Of a stretch of DNA of 64,000 nt, positions 13,329 to 28,007 are shown in pieces. Numbering within the stretch: the first letter of the stretch is position 1; every line of letters starts with the position of its first letter. The notes beneath the pieces were generated by a model, which saw only the letters and a list, made by a program, of their open reading frames with translations, had not been told where the DNA came from and searched no databases. Origin of the DNA: Octopus vulgaris. Lineage: Eukaryota. Location: the NCBI GenBank assembly GCA_951406725.2, contig OX597825.1:83824001-83888000 (forward strand). The letters are read 5' to 3'. The translations under genes and the position numbers were made by a program.

Positions 13329-13499
13329 GGGAGAATTCACAAAAAAATAAAAGACGAAGACAGGTGATGTAGATGCATTAGTATAACGCTGGAGAAGTGA
13401 AAAAGTCTAACGTTTCGAGCCTACGCTCTTCCACAGAAAGGAAGACAGAAAGAAACAAGTAGAGAAAATAAAGAATGTGTAGTGGCTAGCGATCTATCG

Positions 13500-13500
<1 letters not shown>
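13329..13500 (-). mobile_element. PLE-like short element with CUGUGGA hammerhead (13405-13440)
   Basis: CUUU-CUGUGGA-A-GAGC-GUAG-GCUC-GAAA-CG-UU. Confidence 0.7.
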
Positions 13501-13555
<55 letters not shown>

Positions 13556-13593
13556 TATACGTATACATATGCATATATGTACGTATATATATG

Positions 13594-13648
<55 letters not shown>

Positions 13649-13981
13649 AGAGGCAAAATTGTAGATTTGGTAGAAATCATGTAAGAAATTACTTCTTTGA
13701 GATTCTTCAGACAGAGAATCAAATAATGTTATTATGCTACTACATGTATAATTTCGTAACACCTATTAGCAAATGAAACACGCGTAATGGTGATTTGGAA
13801 AAAACATAAGCTTACCAATTTTCCGATTTGATATTATTACTTAGCAAAACGTCTGACCCGTTGTTTTGAACTCTTATGCATGCCGCTCATAAATATAGCA
13901 TCTACATAGAGATTTGGAAAACAGAAATAAGGAGATGTGTTTCGAAAGGACACCGCTTAGATTTTAACTCTGTCTACAAAA

Positions 13982-14148
<167 letters not shown>

Positions 14149-15261
14149 TGAGAAATTATGATAAACACAATTAACCACAACTGATCGTCAGGGGAACACT
14201 TTATTGTATTATGTTACTGAGATCAAATATCTGAAGCTGAACAGATGGCGAGACATTTTTTTATTTGTTTATTTGTCTGTTGAGTAAAACCCAGCAAGTG
14301 TAAGGTCATGACCAACTCATACCATTATATTCTTGTATATTTGTGCTTATATTTATTTTTCCAATATCCATCCGTCTGTTTCACTGAATGTATTAAAAGA
14401 CTGACCATTACAAGACACTCCCTTTTTTCATTGTCTCTGTCATTCTACTCCCTCCTCTCCTCTCTTTTATTTTACATATTTCCTTTTCATTTCTCTCTCT
14501 CGCTTTGCTTTTTTTTTATATATATCTCATTATCTCTATGATATATTTATTTATTTATTTTTCACTTATATACACTACTTTTTTAGGTTTTTTCTCCTTT
14601 CTTTTTTAATGACAGTCGTAATTGTTTCATTCTTTTTCTCTCTTTCTCTTTCCCTTTCCCTAGTTTTTCCCTCTATCTTTCCAAGCCATTTGCTTTTTTT
14701 TTTATCTAATTCGCTCTCATAATACTTATATAGTGTCTTGCCATCTACCCAACTTCAAACATTTGAACTCTGTAACATAATGTAATGAAGTACTCCCCTG
14801 ACGATGCCCTGTGGTTAGGCATCCAATTGCACACTGAACATTCAATGCAGAGGTTTCAAGCAACAAGAATTGTCATACGCGCCGAGGAAACAAATAATAT
14901 AAACTTGCTTCTATCGCAATTTCTTTATTATGTATATGAACGTGGTTACAGCATAAATGACAGTACACCCGAAACAGCTGTCAAGATCAGACTATTACAT
15001 AACCCCTTTCATTTCATGTAAACACGCATTAATCCTACATGTTTATCTGCTTTTTCTTTTCAATACCGGCACGATGAGGAACGTTCTTATAGCTAACTTT
15101 CCATGGCTGGGGCACCCGTCCTGGAATAAACGGGATTTAAACTCTCTTCTATCCGACCACTATTCCAACGATGTCCACACCACGCTTGTTTCCCTTCTCC
15201 TACACATTACATAGATATATATACATACATATATGAGCGTGCGTGTACGTATGTATGTTAG

Positions 15262-15326
<65 letters not shown>

Positions 15327-15735
15327 GTGTGTGTGGTTAAACAGGTAGGTTATGAAAGTAGGTTACTTGATAACTATAATCAGATAATTCTTAGAAAACT
15401 TAAATTTGTCTTCGAGAAATATTTCCTTATGATAACATTCCAGATTATTGACATTTATTAGTGAAAAACCTACCCAAAATAAGAGGCTTATTTCAATGTT
15501 TATCATCATCATCATCATCATCTTCATCGCCAGCAGTATCATTATCCTTAACATCAACATGACAATCATATTTCTACTTTTACTAATCTATCTTCTTCTT
15601 CTTCTTCTTCTTCTTCTTCTTCTTCTTCTTCTTCTTCTTCTTCTTCTTCTTCTTCTTCTTCTTCTTCTTCTTCTTCTTCAGAATAATCATCATTACCCGC
15701 ATCATCGTCGTCGCCGTCGTCGTCTTTGTCGTCAC

Positions 15736-15768
<33 letters not shown>

Positions 15769-15869
15769 TATTATGATTACTATTGCATCATGAATAATCT
15801 CAAATTTATACTGCTTTGTGCGTTCGAAACTTTCCCTTGTCCACAGTCAGCACACTGAAGTGACACTTG

Positions 15870-16200
15870 TTCAGTGACCATGCTTCAAGACCCCTATGGA
15901 GTACTCTTGCTCTTCCAGGCAATGAGGATATTTTGTGCGTGTTTACATTCGTTCTAGTCTTTTTGAGCCTTGCTGGTAGTCGAGTCCTGATACTTCCAAG
16001 TGCACCAGTCACTATTCGAATCACATCTGCTTTCTTCATTGCCCACAACCTGCGTATTTCCCGCTCCAATTCGTCTTAGCTGTGCAGTTTTATCGTTCTT
16101 TTCTTCGATCCTGCTGTCACCAGGACAGGCTATGTAAATTATCGTTCGTTTTGTTTCTGTACACTACAATAATGTCAGGTTTCCGATGTTTAAACTGATT
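15870..16200 (-). mobile_element. Degenerate R4/Dong-like restriction-like endonuclease fragment
   Basis: RKPDIIVV...IACPGDSRIEEKER / ELEREIRRLWAMKKADVIRIVTGALG with frameshifts. Confidence 0.75.
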
Positions 16201-16291
16201 GTCTCACACTGAAGCATTGCCTTCAACAGGGTTTTGCAATCCAACCCTCATTTTCAGTAAGTCTTGGGATTTGCTCTTTGGAGGCCATGGT

Positions 16292-16355
<64 letters not shown>

Positions 16356-16484
16356 TAATAATAATAATAATAGCCTGTTGTCTCTTGAGCTCTCTGGGTG
16401 AGACTTGGAGCCAACTTGTACAAATATAAAGCAAAAGTCAAACATAGAATAATAATAATAATGATGATGATAATGATAATAATG

Positions 16485-16606
<122 letters not shown>

Positions 16607-17595
16607 AAAAGCTGGGAGCTCGAAGTATCCTCAAAATGTCGGAGAAAATGCTTAGCAGCATTTCTTCGGGGTTTTTTTACTTTAAGATTTCAAATTCCGC
16701 TGAGGTCGACTTTGACTTTGCCTTCAGCTTATCTAGATCGATAAAATAAGTACCAGTTGAGCTCTGGGGTTGATGATAATCGACTTACCCACTTCTGCGA
16801 AATTGCTGGCCTTGTGCCTAAATTTAAAACTATTATTATTGATGTTGTTGTTGCTGTTATTATTATTATCTTAAGTTTTGTTGGTAGTGATGATTATCAT
16901 GATGACGATGTTCTTGTAATCCTCATCATCATCATCATCATCATCATCAACATCATCATCTTAATTATTAAATCTTTTTTTTTTACATCATTACCGTTAC
17001 CGAATTTTGAACGAATAAAAACGAAACTTTAAAATACCTTTTATCTCATTAAATATATATTTTCTGTACGGTTACCCATTCTCTTGCCGCCCAGAAGCTC
17101 TCTTTTGTCTTAAAGCTTATAAAGTAATTTAGATACTTCAAAACGATTTTTCGTTGTCGTTTTTAAATGATTACTTGATATTATGTGAAGTTTATGAGGT
17201 GAACACTTTGGCATCTTTTCAACAACTTGTCACGAGCATTAGACAGTTCATCCTAACAAGATATTTCGTAATAGCTATCTATATCTCTTTAAACCTACAA
17301 ACAGGTTATCGTATTTCATTTCCCTTTCAAAATCTTCAACAATTCTCTGATACGTAGTCTATAGTTTTTACAACCACTAAGACTAGCAAGCCAGAATATT
17401 TCTCGCTGTTTCAGTCCCGACTGTGAAATTTTCCTTACAATATTAACGTCTAAATAAAGATTATATTATTTCGAAGAATGTTGTAGTTCGCTTGAAGATT
17501 TGTAGTAAAGGAATTGAATATTGAGTGAATACAGAATGGTGAAAGCTGCTAACAATGCAGAATTTTTTTTCTTTTAATATTATATTTCAAAATAT

Positions 17596-17760
17596 AGGCG
17601 CGGAGTGGCTGTGTGGTAAGTAGCTTGCTTACCAACCATATGGTTCCGAGTTCATTCCCACTGCGTGACACCTTGGGCGAAACTCTTCTATTATAGCCTC
17701 AGGCCGACCAAAGCTTTGTGAGTAGATTTGGTAGACGGAAACTGAAAAGAAGCCTATCGT
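17596..17760 (+). mobile_element. SINE family B 5' half, followed by expanded (TG/TTTG)n to ~18005
   Basis: Consensus match. Confidence 0.85.
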
Positions 17761-17766
17761 AATATC

Positions 17767-17803
<37 letters not shown>

Positions 17804-18079
17804 TTGTGTGTTTGTGTGTGTTTGTGTGTTTGTGTGTGTTTGTGTGTTTGTGTGTGTTTGTGTGTGTTTGTGTGTATGTGTGTGTGTGTTTGTGTGTTTG
17901 TGTGTTTCTGTGTGTGTGTTTGTGTGTGTGTGTGTGTGCGTGTGTGTTTGTGTTATTGTGTGTGTGTGTATGTGTGTTTCTGTGTGTTTGTGAGTGTGTG
18001 TGTGGGGGGGGGGGGGTTAGGTGTGGGTGTGTTCTAAGGCTTAGTCAAAGAAAAGGATCCTGTCCAGTTTTTTTCACCG

Positions 18080-18345
18080 ACCTCCGACACCAGTGACATC
18101 AATGAATATCTGTAACTCGACGTCGTCTACATGCAAATACGCTGGCGAGGTGGGCATGTCAGAAGGTCATCGTAGTTCGGAGGAAGGTTTAAAAGAAGAA
18201 TCTTGTGCGGGGCTTGGAAAGTGAAAAGCGGTACGGGTTACAAGAGGAGACAGAACGGCTTTTCCTTTTGTTAGTTGGCCTTTAGCTGATGGGGCATACA
18301 CGCCAAATAGTAATTTCAGATGAGCAGCAGCCATTGTAATTATGA
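18080..18345 (-). mobile_element. Possible old CR1/L2 LINE 3' fragment
   Basis: NYNGCCSSEI resembles the YYxGxCSSEL motif of L2/CR1 ORF2 ends; heavily decayed. Confidence 0.35.
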
Positions 18346-19512
18346 TCTAACGATGAAATGATAAAACGAGATGGAAACCAAAATTTGAATTCAATACGAT
18401 TAAAACATTCTTTTGATCATTTGTATAAATAACGAAATTTAATTTATTTCAAAATTAAACTATTTTAAAGTTTTCTTTTATTCTTTTCGTTCCCATTTTC
18501 TTTCTTCTCGGTTCAGACTTGACCATGATGAAAATCCAAATGAAAAAAATAAATGGAATCCGAGTGAGATTTTTTAATTAAATAGAAAGCTAAAATTATG
18601 TAAATTTTGGGATTCCAGTTTTGGTAAGACATGAAAATTAAACCACGGTGTACTTCGAAATCTCACGTCTTCGTTTCAATCTCAAACAAACACCAGAGAG
18701 AGAGAGAGAAAGAGAACGTATGAGAGAAAAAGAGAGAGAGAAAAAGATAGAGAGAAAAAGAGAGAGGGAGGGAGAGAGAAGAGGTTTAATGTGTTTTTCG
18801 AAAAAATTTTAATCAAGCTTCATGGTATTCCATCTCACGCTACTTTACGAACCAGACGCAAGAGAAACGTGAACAAAAATGTAATGTAAAAATGATAGGC
18901 TTTTAACATCCATTCTTCCTTCTGGCAACAACGAAATTTATTTTTTGATTAAATGTCGTATTTTCCAATACTTTTGCGCGCGCGTGTGTGTCTATGTGTA
19001 TGCGATGTTTCCTTCGTATTTTTTTATAGAAAAAAAACACAAAATTAAGCATTTCTATTTAACACATTCGTTCTAGAAAAGTAGGCTTTGATAAAGGGAA
19101 AAGCATGAAAGAAAAAGGTGGCAAATATTTTAAATTAATCTCTTTTTTAAAATTATTTTATAATCTATGTGTTTTTAAAAAAAAAAAAACATCAGATTTA
19201 TTTGCTGCATTTTTTCCAATGCTATTTGCAGCTGCACAAGAATTCTGAAGAAATATGGAAACCTAATTCTATCTAATTACGACGCCCCGTTTGATCATGT
19301 AATGGTTATGTTAAATGCAATGACTTCGTAAGAAAAATTCGCTATTTGCTGCAATACATATTATATTATAATTTTACAGTGTAACGTATCCAGGAAATTT
19401 AATTGAGTATGTCAACTTCAGCAGTGACTATATTTTACTCCATATATAGAGAGAAAGAGAACTCCATGTGTCCCAGCATGGCAGCAGTCCAATGACAGAA
19501 ACAAAGGTATAT

Positions 19513-19548
<36 letters not shown>

Positions 19549-19631
19549 GTGTGTTAATAAATAAATATATACATATAGTCTTGGACTATTTTTCCTCCTC
19601 TACGGACTTTTTCTCTTTCCTCCTTCTGATA

Positions 19632-19865
19632 TAAGGCGGCGAGCTGGCAGAATCTTTAGCGCACCGGGCAAAATGCTTAGCGGCATCTCATCGGCCTTCA
19701 CGTTTCTGAGTTCAGATTCCACCGAGGTTGACTTTGCCTTTCATCCTTTCGGGGTCGATTAAATAAGTACGAGTTACGCACTGGGGTCGATATAATCGAC
19801 TTAATCCCTTTGTCTGTCCTTGTTTGTCACCTCTATGCTTAACACCCTGTGGGCAATAAAGAGAT
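19632..19865 (+). mobile_element. SINE family A
   Basis: Consensus match. Confidence 0.88.
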
Positions 19866-20961
19866 TAATATAATGTCAACATTACTTGAATGTATTTCAG
19901 ACAAATCCGTTCTTTCGTCTGGAATACCCATTTCTTGCAAGCCACTAACGCGAACTTTGATATCGTTAAGCAATCTCTGTAATTGCTTGACATACAGAGA
20001 TTTATAGTGTGAAGTTCAGAGTCAGGAAGGTAAACTGCACCAACACGCGTCTTTCTACATTAAAATATGAATACTGAGCATCTGATAAGGGCGAGATTCA
20101 AATGATGACCTCTATGCAAGATACAAGAATGCCGTGATCTTCCGCAAGTGTTTGTCAACAACACTTGTCGAATATATATACGCAAAATATATCATACCTG
20201 GCAGTAATACACTAATCATCAGGTTATATATTATTCAGAAATGATACAATGTTGATATAAAGCGCAATAAGGTGACGAAAACAATTACCTTTTGACATGA
20301 TATTACCACCCTTGAAATAAGTTTCAATTATCTTTATTAATAATTAGTTAACCTTTGGTTTCTGTAGTAAATCTTCGAGCAAAAAGTATTTCGTTTCTTA
20401 CTGCTGATTATCAGCTAAAAACGTTTGGCTTCAACAACTGTCTGAATAACCCGTGGCATCCAGGAAACCAGCATGTAATATTGTTTGGGCTTGATGGAAG
20501 CTCAGGCATCAAGAAATTACGATGCATAATATCAATTAATTAATTAATTAATGAGAAAACAAATTGAGCTACAAAAACTCCTTCATTGGCTTACAGCTGT
20601 TTTCGCTACAAGGTATCGCACGAACACTGAACTCTAATTTATTATAGCAGAAACAGCTCTGAGCGAAAGGAAATGATTGCATAACGCTTGTTTTTTTGTC
20701 ATTTATGAATTGATAAATATGTGTGTGAATCGTTTTGATTATGTTGGTATGCATGACTGAGTGTATATATGTATCTACACATACGTTTATGTGAGTGTCT
20801 GTATGTGCGGATGTGTTCATTTGCATTTCTTCATAAAAGTAGATCAAGTATTTAGAAGCACCCCGCCTCCTTAATACCGTCTAATTCTACCATCCTTAGT
20901 ACGCTAATGGCAGATATTAATTAAATCTTGCTATTCTTCTCCAGATAACCTTTTCTTCGAA

Positions 20962-21081
<120 letters not shown>

Positions 21082-21082
21082 A

Positions 21083-21139
<57 letters not shown>

Positions 21140-21195
21140 TATGAGCAGAAGTAGTGGTGGAGCATCATAGCCATGTGTTGAAAAGAATTCTTTGT

Positions 21196-21400
21196 AGCTG
21201 GCAGAATCGTTAGTACGTCTGGCGAAATGCTTAGCTGTATTTCGTCTGCCGCTAGGTTTTGAGTTCAAATTCCGCTGAGGTCGACTTTGCCTTTCATTCT
21301 TTCGGGGTCGATGAAATAGGTACCAGTTACGCAATGGGGTCGATATAATTGATTAACCCCCTTCCCTTGAAAATTTTCAAGGCTTTGTACTTAGAATAGA
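21196..21400 (+). mobile_element. SINE family A
   Basis: Consensus match. Confidence 0.8.
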
Positions 21401-21424
21401 AATAATAATAATTATTATTATTAT

Positions 21425-21952
21425 TGAGCGAGCAGTACATACCATCAAAGTGACACTGGGGTACAAATACACGAAGCCCATCATGACTACCTGTCTGATA
21501 AGGGTGCACCAGGCACATGTATCACAACCATACGTGCGCAACATGGCGATCTTATATCAGGATAAACAGTGCATGACCTTGTAGGTGGGGCGTAGTGAGA
21601 ATTTTCTTCAGTTTGAGTAGTCCATCCCGCACAAAGAGTCCTTGAATAAGGTTTGTTTAAGGATGATTAGCAAAACACACATGTTTCAAACTACAAAGAA
21701 TTCTTTTCGACACATGGCTATGATGCTCCGCCACTACTTCTGCTCATGATCAGAGAGGCACATATCGTCAGCCACCAAGGAACATGTTCAACTGGTTAGG
21801 GTCAAGCAGCTGACAAACAAATCTGTAGTATTGAGCAGAATATTTGCTGGAGCCCATCTTTTATACCGAGACAAAACCATGTACATGATAACACTTCCAG
21901 TCTGTTATGATCGAAGCCAATAGAGCCAGTCTAGTACTGCATCAGGGCATTT
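21425..21952 (-). mobile_element. Second copy of the TAA-associated 550-bp element
   Basis: Colinear with 7604-8145; inverted piece at 21143-21192. Confidence 0.75.
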
Positions 21953-21978
21953 ATGTATTTATTTAGTAGTAGTAGTAA

Positions 21979-22063
<85 letters not shown>

Positions 22064-22890
22064 CGTGCTTGTTCGTCAGTCTTCTGTTTCAATTCTGCTT
22101 CTTGTTTTCCACTTTCTCATAAAAGACAATCAATTCTGGATTTATAATCCCCCCACACATACGCACACACACAAAACAAAGTTTTCCTTTCATGTAAACA
22201 CTAACAGAATATTCGAGTAGGTAGGCTGGATTTTTAATGTCTGGGTGCTTCACATGTAGTTCGATCGAGGAATCGTCAAAGAGAATGGTAAATAAAATCG
22301 TTGGTGTTTAGAATCATTGGAATATGGTAGCCTGGCAAGATCGTTGAAAGTAAAATAGCATCGGACGTTTTATGAAGAAGATGATATTGATTTCCAGCGT
22401 AAGTACGCGGCTATGCATTTTAGTCAAGGAAACCGATCGACTAAACCGGTCCTGTATTTTTTCTTATATCTAGAGCTACATTATCCGACGTATCCTCATC
22501 ATGTTTTTTAAAACACATGGGTGTTATCGTAGAACATTTAGTCGTTATTTCTAGCAGGTCGAGAGAATTCATAGAGGCACCTTTATTCTACTCATCATCA
22601 TGCAAGCTGTCGTATTAAACAACAATAATTTGTGTAATACAGACATTTTGAGTGTTGTGGCGCGCATTGCTTTCTGTAGTGTATCAGTGACTCTGCTCAA
22701 TTTGTATCCTAAACATATCTCTTTCTCTTTACCTTCCCCTTCCCACTCTATAGCACGTCGTTAACACTTCTCTCTCCCTCTTTTCTCTCACTGTTTTTTC
22801 TCTCGCTGTTCCCCTCTCCTTTCAACTAACCACGTGACACATTTGGACTTATTGCACTTCTTTCTCTACTTTCTCACTTCCGTCTCTGTT

Positions 22891-22921
<31 letters not shown>

Positions 22922-23386
22922 TATACACATACTGTTACTCAACCTCTCATTCACTCCACTTCCACCTCCCTGACTAACTTAAGTATAACCGGGGAACGAC
23001 CAAGCAGGTTATTAAGTAAATAATACAATTTAATGTCTATATAAACTACAATATTACTCGTCATATGACGGTTATCTTTAGCAGAATACTTTTGCGACAA
23101 TGCTTACGATCAGGAAATATGGCATATACATAATAATCATAATTTAAGTTTTATCAAGTTCCTTGGTCTTTATACAAAATAATGAAATGAATCCTGATTT
23201 TCAACGAAAAGATGTTTAATGTCTTAAAATCACATTAAATAAACCTATGTTCGAGAATCTGAAAAAAGAAAGAAACATGAAAATGAAACTATTGTCCATG
23301 TAGATTTCATATTATGGAAGCTCACACATTCTCTCTCTTCTCTATCTCTCTCTCTCTGTCTCCCTTACATATAAATGTTTATATAT

Positions 23387-23442
<56 letters not shown>

Positions 23443-23447
23443 GATAT

Positions 23448-23665
23448 CAACAGTTAAAAAATGCGGACGACCTAAATGTGGTACATGGCCATACCAAACT
23501 GAAGGCTCGGAATTCACATTCCAGCAAGGAGAAAAATTTTCAATTAAGACCAACTTCGTTGTGCTCCCGAAACCTAATTTATGTCCTAACCTGCTCAGTT
23601 TGTGGCCACAATTATGTGGGCCAAACCAGCCTTACTTTGAGACGCAGAGTTACGATGCATAAAGA
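23448..23665 (+). mobile_element. Penelope-like (Neptune-type) Cys-linker plus GIY-YIG endonuclease fragment
   Basis: KKCGRPKCGTW..F..KTNF / frameshift / SRNLIYVLTCSVCGHNYVGQTSLTLRRRVTMHK. Confidence 0.85.
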
Positions 23666-24364
23666 TTGGTTTTCCTCAATTCAGGCAGATAGCTCTGAGC
23701 GAACATACACACTTATATACATATACATATATATATATATATATACATAAATTCATGTATGTATATACTTATAAAGAAAAACACAGATGTGATTCAGAAT
23801 TTACAATAGGTGCTTCGGCAACATTTTGTTGACTATATATTGGGATTACATCATGGCAAAAACCCATCGTCAGGCAAATTTTTGACATATAAACAGGTAA
23901 GAAGAAATAGGTGACTATGCATGTATGTATAGATATGTCTATGTACATGTATATATGTATGTGCGTGTGTATGTATGTACGTACGTATGTATGCATGAAT
24001 GTACGTACGTATATATGTATGTATATATCTATCTATCTGCCTATCTATGTAAATATGCATTTGTGTATAGGTCGGACGCAGGCCAATAATAGAATCCTCC
24101 GCACGCGGTTGAGCGGCTTGCTTGAATTTGATGCCAAATTTTCATCAAATCAACCATTAATATCTTTAAGAAATACAAGGGCATATTGGATTTTGTAACT
24201 ATAAAACAAGATGGGCACGGTAGAAACGCTTTTAATCACATATTTACTGAATGACAATCAGCCTAGGGTTAAAAAACATAGAGATATCTGGCACGCAGAT
24301 ATAACTGCTCAGATCAACAAAAAAAAAGAAAGACAATGAAAGGAAAAGTGATGCATATCAACTC

Positions 24365-24470
24365 CAACGCCATTTCGTTTTTCTCACAAATACATAATAA
24401 GCAATGGCGGCTATGAATATTATTAAGATGGCGTAAAATATCCAATGACGTCACCGTCTACTTCCTGTGC
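24365..24470. promoter_or_regulatory. Cluster of YY1-like, CCAAT, CRE and ETS motifs
   Basis: CGCCATTT 24368, AATGGCGGC 24403, AAGATGGCG 24425, CCAAT 24442, TGACGTCA 24446, ACTTCCTG 24460. Confidence 0.35.
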
Positions 24471-24841
24471 ACAGTAATTTTCGTTGTTCGGTCATCCTTT
24501 TATAACACATATCCTCTTGCTTATTCATCAGATAGGCAGCCAAAAAATAGAAATCTCAAAGCTATCCGAGTTCGGAAGAAGAAGGTTAAGAAAAGGGCTT
24601 TAGAAAATAACAGACTCGGTTTGCAGCCGGACAATCAAAAGCAATAATAAAACCATCACAAACTAGAAATTAGCAGCTTTCATCTTCAATAAAAACTAGA
24701 AACCCATTAACTTTTACTTTGAGATTTTATAAATTGAACACCAGCTTCCAAAGTTTAAAAAGCTGACAACATCTTATCTATTTTATAGTTCAAAACACAG
24801 AAATAAGTACATACTTCTTACAAACGCATCCAGTACTCACT

Positions 24842-24890
<49 letters not shown>

Positions 24891-24951
24891 ACACACATAT
24901 ACACGCAAATGAATATGTGCAAATGTTTGTATGTGTGTGTGTATATATATA

Positions 24952-24994
<43 letters not shown>

Positions 24995-25062
24995 GTATTT
25001 ATATACATATATATATATATACATATATATACATATATATATATATATATACATATATATAC

Positions 25063-25121
<59 letters not shown>

Positions 25122-25210
25122 CATATATATATAGACATGCATACAAACATATATCACACACACAGTTATCCTTTGATGCACATGCACACACACGTCCGTA
25201 TGTACGTATG

Positions 25211-25255
<45 letters not shown>

Positions 25256-25419
25256 ATGTGTGTGTGTGTGTGTGTGTGTATATGCATGTATATATTTCTA
25301 CATATAAATATATCTATATTCATATATATTAATACATATTTCATATGCACTTTTATGTTTGTGACTATATATACGCATATATATATTCATGTGTGTCTCT
25401 ATGTGTGTATGTGTGTGAG

Positions 25420-25467
<48 letters not shown>

Positions 25468-25562
25468 TGTTTTTACATATATTTGCATACATATTTCTGT
25501 GTCGCTGTATATGTAGGTTCATTAATATACACACTCACACACATACATATTGTTTCAGTGTG

Positions 25563-25626
<64 letters not shown>

Positions 25627-25921
25627 CTGTATAGACTGTTATTGCTTTTGTATTAATAAGAGTACGAAAGTATTGTCTAGAACCGACTTTTAGCGAAAAT
25701 AACATCATACATGAGAAACAATATATTGTTCATATCTACAACTATATTTTGTTTTTATTGCTTATATCTTTGTGTTTTTTATGTATTGTTTACTGCATTT
25801 ATTTTTATCCTAATATTTGCATTATTTATTGCTTTGCTGTTTATTTTTATTATTATTATCATCATCATCATCATTGTTATTATTATTGCTGTTATTATTA
25901 TTAATATTATTATTATTAATA

Positions 25922-25977
<56 letters not shown>

Positions 25978-25987
25978 GTTGTTGTTG

Positions 25988-26022
<35 letters not shown>

Positions 26023-26199
26023 GTTGTTGTTGTTATTATTATAATGATCATCATCATCATATTTCTCATTATTATTGCTACCCTCATCCATCTCATCCAC
26101 ATCATTGGATTGGCAAAATCGTTAGAGCATCGGTTAAATTTGCGTGCAGTATTTCTGGTACTTTATGTTTTGTGTTCAAATCTCCCGAGTCACCTTTTT

Positions 26200-26350
26200 C
26201 AGTGCGTAACTGGTACTTAATTGATCAACCCCGAAGGAGGAAAGGCAATGTCGACCTCGGGGGAATTTGAACTCAGAACGTAACGGCAGACGAAGTAACA
26301 CTAAGCATTTCGCCAGGCCTGCTAACAATTCTGCCACCTTGCCGCCCTTA
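26200..26350 (-). mobile_element. SINE family A
   Basis: Reverse complement match. Confidence 0.8.
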
Positions 26351-26768
26351 CTGATTCGTTATAGTCCCTTAGGTAATCCGTAGCAGTTATTGTACAAGGC
26401 CTGTATCAATTATCTTGGATAACGATATACGGTTTGTTCGCACTTACATCCTCGTGTTTATGTTCATCTTTATACCGTGAGAGTCACGCTACAATATGCC
26501 ATTGACAGTTTCTGTAGGAGTTAGTAATTCTATTCTACTTTCTCTGTTCTTGTGCGATGCAAGAAATTTTTGAATCATTGATTGTGTGAATGGCGCTAAA
26601 ACTAGCAAGAAAAGGCACTGACAACTGGTGATATATAAATGAGACCATATCATATCACATCATATCATATAATACATGGCTGAGTTCAGCTATGGGCTCC
26701 TAAGGAGCATCTTCGTTCGAATTGCTGTGCCTCTGTTTTGTTTTGTCCTGTCAACGGAATTCCAGTTA

Positions 26769-26861
26769 TTTTTCCTGAAGAGAAAGCCGCAATATGGTAC
26801 CCTTATTTAAACAGAATTTGGAAATTTGTGGCCTTCGAAACATGTGTAGTATGTAATAAAA
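26769..26861 (+). ncRNA. Type I hammerhead ribozyme, intact core, extended stem II
   Basis: CUGAAGA-GAAAGCCGCAA...UUGUGGCCUUC-GAAA-CAUGU-GUA-GUAUG-UA; stem I eroded. Confidence 0.7.
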
Positions 26862-26906
26862 GGTATTCTGTACAATCTTCGTTCAACTCCATTTATTCCA
26901 TTCACT

Positions 26907-26955
<49 letters not shown>

Positions 26956-27184
26956 AACATACATACACATATATTTACATATACATATGAAAATGTATGT
27001 ATATATATATATATACACATATATACATATATATATGTATTTTTTTATATGCATATATGCAATATATATACATTCATATATATACATATATATATAGATA
27101 CATAAGTGTGTATATACATGCATATGTATATATATATGTGTGTATACATATATATACATACATACATATATATATGTATGTATA

Positions 27185-27330
27185 TATTATGTGCTTATTT
27201 TCTCTTATCCCTTTCCGTTGAAGACCGTAGGCTCGAAACGTAAAAGATTTTTTCATTTTCCCGACCGTCATACACTTGCTTGTTGTTCATACACCTATCT
27301 TCACCTTTTCTTTTTCTATAAATTTCAACT
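27185..27330 (+). mobile_element. PLE-like short element with variant hammerhead (27211-27246)
   Basis: CUUU-CCGUUGA-A-GACC-GUAG-GCUC-GAAA-CG-UA-AAAG. Confidence 0.65.
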
Positions 27331-27347
27331 ATATATACATACATACT

Positions 27348-27512
<165 letters not shown>

Positions 27513-28007
27513 GTTATGCCTGCCAACTTCCTTTGTTCGACAATGAGCTTAACCTCAAATTCTTCTAGAACCTATAAAACCCTAACAACCATTTTCTGTC
27601 TCTACATCCAGAATTTAATCATCCATCAATGTTATTCTGTATTTATCTAAAAAAATAAGCAAACGCATAGGATGTCTCTCATTCGGTGTTGTAGTTTTTT
27701 TACACGAGGAAAGACTAGTATATCCATATATGTATGTATTTATATATATTTTTTTATCTTTCATTTTTTTTTTTTTTGTTTCACTCGTTAGACTACCTCA
27801 ATGCTGGGCCACCGCCTTGAAATACGTGAGTATGAAATTATGTGCTTTTATGGTTAGTACATTCGTGTTCACCCACACGAGGAAAGGCACCCGCTACAGT
27901 ATTTATATCATGTGAAATTCTCTGTTTATAGCGTATATACAGATTTCAAGTTATTTTAAAGTTCACAGCCAACAACTGGGGTTGTTATGTATGCGGATAA
28001 AAATCCA

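Noticed and set aside
23840-23880. CUGACGA plus hairpin on the minus strand
   Set aside because: 3' half of the core not found; similar failures at 24526 and 53657.
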